In this document: one piece after another, positions 59,101-64,000 of the stretch
How positions within the stretch are numbered: the stretch's first letter is position 1
Layout: each line of letters begins with the position of its first letter
From: Candidatus Poribacteria bacterium
GTDB lineage: Bacteria > Poribacteria > WGA-4E > PCPOR2b
DNA length: 64,000 bases
Direction of reading: 5' to 3'
Assembly (NCBI GenBank): GCA_965198175.1
Contig: OZ240245.1
Coordinates: forward strand, 2,880,001 to 2,944,000
Made by a program: the position numbers and the translations under genes
Notes under the pieces: generated by a model
What the model saw: only the letters and a program-made list of their open reading frames with translations
Told to the model about the DNA's origin: nothing
Database searches by the model: none

Positions 59101-59957
59101 GGGCAAATTCCGTTGCTTTCTCTCCGGACGGAGGCGCCCTCGCCAGCGCGAGTTATAGGGTTCAGTTGTGGGATGTCTCCACTGGGCACGACATGAAAAC
59201 CATTAAAGGAAGTAAAGGAGCTTATTCCGTCGCGTATTCCCCGGATGGTCGCACCCTCGCCGCTGGAAGTGTTGACAATATCACTCCGCTGTGGGATACA
59301 GATTCAGGAGACGACAAAGGTACCCTTGAAGGACACACGGATTTGGTCTATTCCGTCGCGTTCTCCCCAGATGGAAATACCCTCGCCAGTGGAAGTAGCG
59401 ACAAGACCATTCGGTTGTGGAATGCCAACACAGGCGACCAAAGTCATTCTCTTAAAGGACATAAGCGTGAGGTCATGTCCGTCGCATTCTCCCCAGATGG
59501 AAATACCCTCGCTAGTGGGAGTGAAGACAAGACCATTCGGCTTTGGGATGTCGTAACTGGGAAACATAAGCGTACCCTTGAGAATCACACGGATGAAGTC
59601 GAATCTGTCGCATTCTCCCCAGATGGAAGAACCTTCGCCAGTGGAAGTGGAGACAAAACCATTCGGTTGTGGGATACCAACACAGGGGAAAATCTGCTCA
59701 CGCTTAAAGGGCATAAGAATCAGATCAATTCCGTCGTATTCTCCCCAGATGGGAACACCCTCGCCAGCGGGAGTGTGGACAGGACCATTCAGTTGTGGAA
59801 TACTGCAACAGGGAGGCACAAGCGTACCCTTGAGGGACATTCGGCTTCAGTCGATTCCGTCACTTTCTCCCCGGATGGGAACACCCTCGCCAGTGCAAGT
59901 CAGGATGGAACAATTCTGCTCTGGACGGTAGAACCAACGCCGACTTCGTCACCCTAA
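56181..59957 (+). CDS. Secreted WD40-repeat beta-propeller protein (28 repeats, two duplicated modules)
   Basis: Signal peptide MKKALFF; GH...SVAFSPDG.TLASGS.D.TIRLWD repeats, 14 per module. Confidence 0.95.
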   Translation: MKKALFFGIALWYVSLQFLSSAPAQEYSRWNLPEGAILRLGKGTAYDLAYSPDGAELAVASSIGVWLYNAHTGAEIALLTGHPDGARSVAFSPDGKTLASGGSEHVVSGSWDGTIRLWDAATRAHILTLEGHEREVNSVAFSPDGSTLASGSADNTIRLWDVVTGEHRRTLKGHTIRVNSVAYSPDGKILASGSSDKTIRLWDAVTGKRKRTLKGHTSRVNSVVYSPDGRTLASRSNDKTIRLWNAITGKHEFTLGGHTMGLDSIAYSPDSSTIASGNEFDAIQLRDATTGGLKQTIERTGLVNVVAYSPDGRTLASSSEYGTIQLWDAVTGRLKETLEGHGIGIHSVAVSPDNQIIASASFTTRLWDVNTGQPKPIRKGQKGAFSIALSPDNRTLAAGSYDGTIPSWNAHTGDHKGTLDGHKDCVYSVAFTPDGNILASGSKDKTIRLWDFVTRELKQTLKKHKGEVKCVVFSPDGRTLASGSEDKTVRLWDVVSGKLKNTLEGHTGMVNSVTFSPGGKTLASGSSDRTIRLWDAVAGKHQRTLKGHTGIIECITYSPDGGTIAAGSWDKTIRLWNAITGAHKGTIEGHTDAVESIAFSPDGNTLVSGSRDGTILTWSVDLATASPPLREPAKVIGHQPAGEYIRWSLPEGAILRLGKGTTYDLAYSPDGARLAVATSIGIWLYNAHTGAETALFAGHMDGERSVAFSPDGKTLASGSMWNFRGGRVRSTIRLWNVATGELKQTLEGHILDTNAVSFSPDGNTLASGGFGKIRLWDIVTGEIKHSLEGHKYHVYSVAFSPDGNTLASGGADNKIRLWDIVSGKLKRTLKGHAGRVNSVAYSPDGKTLASGSEDQTIRLWDAVTGKRKKTLRRNTRTFAQLWKHVKRTLKGHTRGVKSVAYSPDGSTLVSGGEMIRLWDANTGEIRRTHTVSCDAIAYSPDGNTLAIGSEYGTIQLVDAVTGRYKRTLEGHEIGANSVAFSPDGGALASASYRVQLWDVSTGHDMKTIKGSKGAYSVAYSPDGRTLAAGSVDNITPLWDTDSGDDKGTLEGHTDLVYSVAFSPDGNTLASGSSDKTIRLWNANTGDQSHSLKGHKREVMSVAFSPDGNTLASGSEDKTIRLWDVVTGKHKRTLENHTDEVESVAFSPDGRTFASGSGDKTIRLWDTNTGENLLTLKGHKNQINSVVFSPDGNTLASGSVDRTIQLWNTATGRHKRTLEGHSASVDSVTFSPDGNTLASASQDGTILLWTVEPTPTSSP

Positions 59958-60120
59958 CCCTCGAAGTAATCGTCGGCAAGCAATCCCACCTTGCATATAT
60001 ATCACAGGCGTCGACCACTTTGACACTTCAGCAAATGGTGCGTTGACGCATTTCAAACGGACAGGCAGGTCGTCGGTTCACTACCAGAATCACACTAACG
60101 AATAGGGGTTCAAATTGCAA

Positions 60121-61875
60121 ATGGATCCAATCAAATTCGAAGTCATTCGCAATGCGCTAGTCGAGGCGACGGAAGAGATGGCGATTGCCCTGCGCCGCAG
60201 CGCGTATTCCACCAACATCAAGACCAGAGCCGATTTTTCCTGCGCCTTCTTCGACCGCAAGTTGCAGCCTGTTGCCCAAGCGTTCACGCAACCAGTTCAC
60301 CTAGGATCGCTAACCGAATTCGTGCCGAAAGTGATCCGAGAGTATGGACCAGAAAACATAGAACCGGGCGATGCAATTCTCTCCAACCACCCCTACCTGG
60401 GCGGTGTTCATCTGAACGACATTACGCTAATCTCGCCGGTGTACCACCACTCACCTTGCACAGTCTACCCCGACGGCTCACTTGGAACGAGTGTCCAAGT
60501 TTCCGACGAGAGAGAGCAGAGGAAGGGCGAAGTCTTCGGCTACGTTGCAAACCTGGCTCACCATGTAGACGTGGGCGGCGGTGCGCCCGCGAGCATAGGC
60601 GCCTTCCGCGAGGTCTATCAAGAGGGCATCATCATCCCTCCGGTGAAGCTTGTGCGGCGAGGAGAAATTGTTCCAGATATCTTCCGGCTGGTGCTAGGTC
60701 AGATTCGCTCCAAACATGAGACGGCGGGCGACTTTCGAGCACAAGTGGCGGCGAACAACACCGGCGTGCGCCGACTGAATGCACTTCTAGATCGGATTGG
60801 CTCGGAGAGCGTCGCCTTCTACGTTGAAGAACTGCTCGACTACACAGAGCGTCGAACACGCGCGGAGCTAGCCAAACTCCCCAAGGGAATCTTTACCGCC
60901 GACGGCTATGTCGACAACGATGGCTTCACCGATGAACCGGTGCATCTCGTAGCAAAGATGGTCATTGACGGCGACGGCGCCCTCTTCGATTTGACCGGCT
61001 CTGACCCCCAACGGCGTGCGCCAGTGAATTCCACGTATGCCCAGACCTTCTCCGCTTGCGCCTATGTTCTCAAGAGTCTCCTCGATCCGGACCTTCCGGT
61101 CAACGCGGGATTCTACCGTCTGGTACGCATCTTGGCGCCGCCGGGAACGGTGGTCAACTGCACATCGCCAGCACCTGTGGTCGGAGGTTGGGAAACGCAA
61201 GTGCGGCTCAGCGACGTCCTACTGAAGGCACTCGCTCCGGTCCTCCGAGACCGCATTCCGGCAGGGACGAAGGCGATGATGGCGCAGGTAGGCTTTGGAG
61301 CCACACATCCCCGCACAGGTGAACTCTACGCTTTCTACGAAACGCTGGCTGGCGGCTACGGCGGCAGAGCGGCGAGCGATGGCCCCGACGCGGTACAGTG
61401 CCATGGTCAGAACACAGAAAATGCGCCAATCGAGGAAACTGAGATTAACTACCCAGTTCGTATTAACCGTTACGAACTCATAGATGATTCAGATGGGGCA
61501 GGCGAGCATCGCGGCGGATTGGGGTTGCGGCGCGACTATTTCTTTGACCATGAAGCCTCGTTCACCATCCTGGCAGATCGCGACCGGTGGGGGCCGTGGG
61601 GTCTCTTCGGCGGGCTACCTGGAAAGGTAGCAAGCTATGTGCTGAACCCCGATACTGACGCTGTCAAACTCGGATCCAAGGTGACCGTGCAGCTCAAGCC
61701 GGGTGACGTGGTGAGTTTTCGCACCTGTGGCGGCGGCGGTTACGGCCCGCCTGAAGCACGCGACCCACAAGTGGTGTTGCGCGATGTGCGCGACGGCAAA
61801 GTTAGCCCGGCGCGGGCGAGAGAAATCTATGGTGTATCTATCGACACAGACACATGGACAGTGGAGAAAACGTAG
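60121..61875 (+). CDS. Hydantoinase B / oxoprolinase family protein
   Basis: MDPIKFEVIRN, DFSCA, HLGS, HLND, AHHVDVGG, DGAGEHRGGLG, GGGGYG. Confidence 0.93.
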   Translation: MDPIKFEVIRNALVEATEEMAIALRRSAYSTNIKTRADFSCAFFDRKLQPVAQAFTQPVHLGSLTEFVPKVIREYGPENIEPGDAILSNHPYLGGVHLNDITLISPVYHHSPCTVYPDGSLGTSVQVSDEREQRKGEVFGYVANLAHHVDVGGGAPASIGAFREVYQEGIIIPPVKLVRRGEIVPDIFRLVLGQIRSKHETAGDFRAQVAANNTGVRRLNALLDRIGSESVAFYVEELLDYTERRTRAELAKLPKGIFTADGYVDNDGFTDEPVHLVAKMVIDGDGALFDLTGSDPQRRAPVNSTYAQTFSACAYVLKSLLDPDLPVNAGFYRLVRILAPPGTVVNCTSPAPVVGGWETQVRLSDVLLKALAPVLRDRIPAGTKAMMAQVGFGATHPRTGELYAFYETLAGGYGGRAASDGPDAVQCHGQNTENAPIEETEINYPVRINRYELIDDSDGAGEHRGGLGLRRDYFFDHEASFTILADRDRWGPWGLFGGLPGKVASYVLNPDTDAVKLGSKVTVQLKPGDVVSFRTCGGGGYGPPEARDPQVVLRDVRDGKVSPARAREIYGVSIDTDTWTVEKT

Positions 61876-61981
61876 ACGGCAAATCCGTAAGCAGACAATG
61901 TGGCGAAGTGAAAACCTGAACTGAAGATGAAACTGTACTTTGAGATTGCGCAGCCAATTACAGAATAAGGAGATACAGCGG

Positions 61982-64000
61982 GTGACTCCCAGATATCGTC
62001 TCGGCGTGGATATCGGCGGCACTTTCACAGATGCCATCTTAATTAACGAACTTACCGGTGAAATCCGCGTCGGCAAAGTCCCTTCGACACCTTTAGACCC
62101 GTCCCAAGGATTCATGGAGGCGACCCACCGAATGCTGCGTGAGGCAGACCTAGCACCGGACGAGGTGCGCTTCGTCGTGCACGGTACCACCATAGCAACG
62201 AATACCATCATTGAGGGCAAGGTCGCCCGCGCAGGCTTTATTACAACAGACGGCTTCCGCGATCTGCTGGAGATTCAGCGTCAGATACGTCCAACGCTCT
62301 ACGACCTACAATTCGAAAAGCCTCAGCCACTTGTGCCCCGTCATCTCTGCTTTGGTGTCCCGGAGCGGCTCGACGCACGCGGAAATATACTCACCCCACT
62401 CGATGGGAGCGCAGTGAGGCGAGTGGCAGAGCAACTTCGACAGGAAGGCGTCGAAGCCATTGCGGTCTGTTTGCTTCACGCCTACGTCAACCCGATTCAT
62501 GAGAAACGGCTAGGGGAGATTCTTGGTGAAACCGTTCCCAACACTGTTGTCTCTTTATCGTCCGAAGTCGCCCCGGAATTCCGGGAGTATTTTAGAGCGA
62601 GTACCACAGTCATCAACGCCTGCATCCGCCCGGTCGTAGCGAAATATCTTCAGCGTATCGAGACCCAACTGCGGAGTGAAGGATTAAGGGCAGAGTTGCT
62701 CGTCATGCAGAGCAGCGGTGGGGTGTTCACCTTCTCAGCAGCGAGTAAAAAGCCTGTCTTCATGGTGGAATCAGGTCCTGCGGCGGGCGTCATCGCAGCA
62801 ACTTATCTAGGGGCTACGCTTGGATATGCGGACGTCATCTCCTTTGACATGGGGGGCACCACAGCAAAAGCTGGCCTGATTGAGAAAGGAGCGCCCCGAA
62901 TAACCAAGGACTATGAGGTTGGTGCAACAGCCCGAACAGGCGTGGGTGCCAACTCCGGCGGCGGGTATCCCATCCGCACCCCTGTTATCGATCTCGTTGA
63001 GATTGGCGCCGGCGGCGGCTCAATCGCCTGGGTGGACTCCGGTGGTGTGTTGCGCGTTGGCTCAGAGAGCGCAGGCGCCGATCCAGGCCCAGCCTGCTAT
63101 GGCAAGGGTGGGACGGCGCCCACCATTACGGATGCCAATTTGGTGTTAGGACGACTCAACCCGCACTATTTTTTGGGGGGAGAGATTGAACTCGACATTG
63201 AGGCGGCGAAGCAGGCGATAAAGGAAAGTTGTGCCACTCCGTTGCGAATGGATATTGTCGAAGCAGCTCACGGGATTGTGGAGATTGCCAACGCAGCCAT
63301 GGTGAACGCGCTACGCCTCGTTTCCGTGCAACGCGGCTACGACCCTAGGGAATTCGTTTTGATGGCATTTGGCGGGGCTGGACCGCTACACGCCAACCGC
63401 TTGGCGGAGGAGATTGAATCGCGCGCCACCGTCATCCCGATGAGTCCCGGCACCTCATCCGCCATGGGGCTATTGGTGACTGACCTCAAACACGATTACT
63501 CCACAACGCTCATCCAGCGTGTCGACCAATTGAATTTGGGCGAAGTGGAGAAAACCTACCAAGTGTTGACGGAACAAGGACGGAAGAGCTTGGAGCGGGA
63601 AGGTATGTCTCCGGAGGATATCACCTTCGTCCGACAAGTAGACATGCGATATGTGGGGCAAAGCTATGAACTGACAGTAGCGTTGCCAGAAGGTGCTAGT
63701 GAACACGTGGAATCTACCCTAAGCGCCCCCGAACTCCTTCGGGCTTTGGAAGCCTTCCATATGGAGCACGACCGCGCCTACGGCTACAATGCACTAGACG
63801 AACCTGTCGAGCTCGTGAATCTGCGACTTACTGCGATAGGTCAAATCAACAAGCCCCGGCAGCGTGAGTTGGAAGGCGGCGATAGGAACGCAGCAAAAGC
63901 CCAGAAGGCAACCCGACCTGTGTACTTTGCCGAGAAGAACTGCTACGTTGATTGTCCCATCTATAATCGCTACCGGTTAGACGGCGGATGCGTCTTAACG
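61982..64000 (+). CDS. Hydantoinase A / oxoprolinase family protein; runs off the right edge
   Basis: Absent from the ORF track; GTG 61982 after AAGGAG gives MTPRYRLGVDIGGTFTD...HGTTIATN...ESGPAAG...DMGGTT...GAGGGSIA...FGGAG. Confidence 0.92.
   Translation, partial: MTPRYRLGVDIGGTFTDAILINELTGEIRVGKVPSTPLDPSQGFMEATHRMLREADLAPDEVRFVVHGTTIATNTIIEGKVARAGFITTDGFRDLLEIQRQIRPTLYDLQFEKPQPLVPRHLCFGVPERLDARGNILTPLDGSAVRRVAEQLRQEGVEAIAVCLLHAYVNPIHEKRLGEILGETVPNTVVSLSSEVAPEFREYFRASTTVINACIRPVVAKYLQRIETQLRSEGLRAELLVMQSSGGVFTFSAASKKPVFMVESGPAAGVIAATYLGATLGYADVISFDMGGTTAKAGLIEKGAPRITKDYEVGATARTGVGANSGGGYPIRTPVIDLVEIGAGGGSIAWVDSGGVLRVGSESAGADPGPACYGKGGTAPTITDANLVLGRLNPHYFLGGEIELDIEAAKQAIKESCATPLRMDIVEAAHGIVEIANAAMVNALRLVSVQRGYDPREFVLMAFGGAGPLHANRLAEEIESRATVIPMSPGTSSAMGLLVTDLKHDYSTTLIQRVDQLNLGEVEKTYQVLTEQGRKSLEREGMSPEDITFVRQVDMRYVGQSYELTVALPEGASEHVESTLSAPELLRALEAFHMEHDRAYGYNALDEPVELVNLRLTAIGQINKPRQRELEGGDRNAAKAQKATRPVYFAEKNCYVDCPIYNRYRLDGGCVLT

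Noticed and set aside
56218..59931. Many repetitive alternative-frame ORFs
   Set aside because: Shadows of the WD40 repeats.

Overview
Bacterial chromosomal window from a diderm organism. The gene content (WD40 protein starting with an LPEGAxxRLGKG motif, two PhyH dioxygenases, GH116, Gfo/Idh/MocA) suggests Ca. Poribacteria or a similar lineage, which is inference only. 1-25.1 kb is a minus-strand envelope/housekeeping run: rsmH-ftsL-ftsI-murE-[alpha/beta hydrolase-murF-ddl]-mraY, lnt, prfB (programmed +1 frameshift), lysS, lolC/E-lolD, ilvE, bamA-skp-lpxD, a polysaccharide deacetylase and two UbiA prenyltransferases, one resembling archaeal DGGGP synthase. 25.3-40.6 kb holds metabolic and regulatory genes: SDR, membrane multiheme cytochrome-TPR fusion, oxidoreductase, PhyH, GH116, STAS, ECF sigma, histidine kinase, cysC, rpsU, GT9. 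40.6-54.3 kb is a defence island: a type I restriction-modification system (hsdM, hsdS, hsdR) split by cargo. The cargo is (i) a unit of consensus promoter, hairpin small RNA, 10-bp-phased TGTGA arrays and a triple-HTH gene, bracketed by a duplicated hsdM 3' end; (ii) an ABC-type ATPase plus TOPRIM-like partner; (iii) a PD-(D/E)xK nuclease-like protein; (iv) three toxin-less antitoxin-like genes; (v) MITEs and REP-like palindromes, including a Tn5/IS50-like MITE with a 10-bp target duplication. 54.3-64 kb holds PhyH, TPR, a 28-repeat WD40 protein and hydantoinase/oxoprolinase B and A. No rRNA, tRNA or CRISPR array was recognised. All calls come from reading motifs by eye; no database searches were run.
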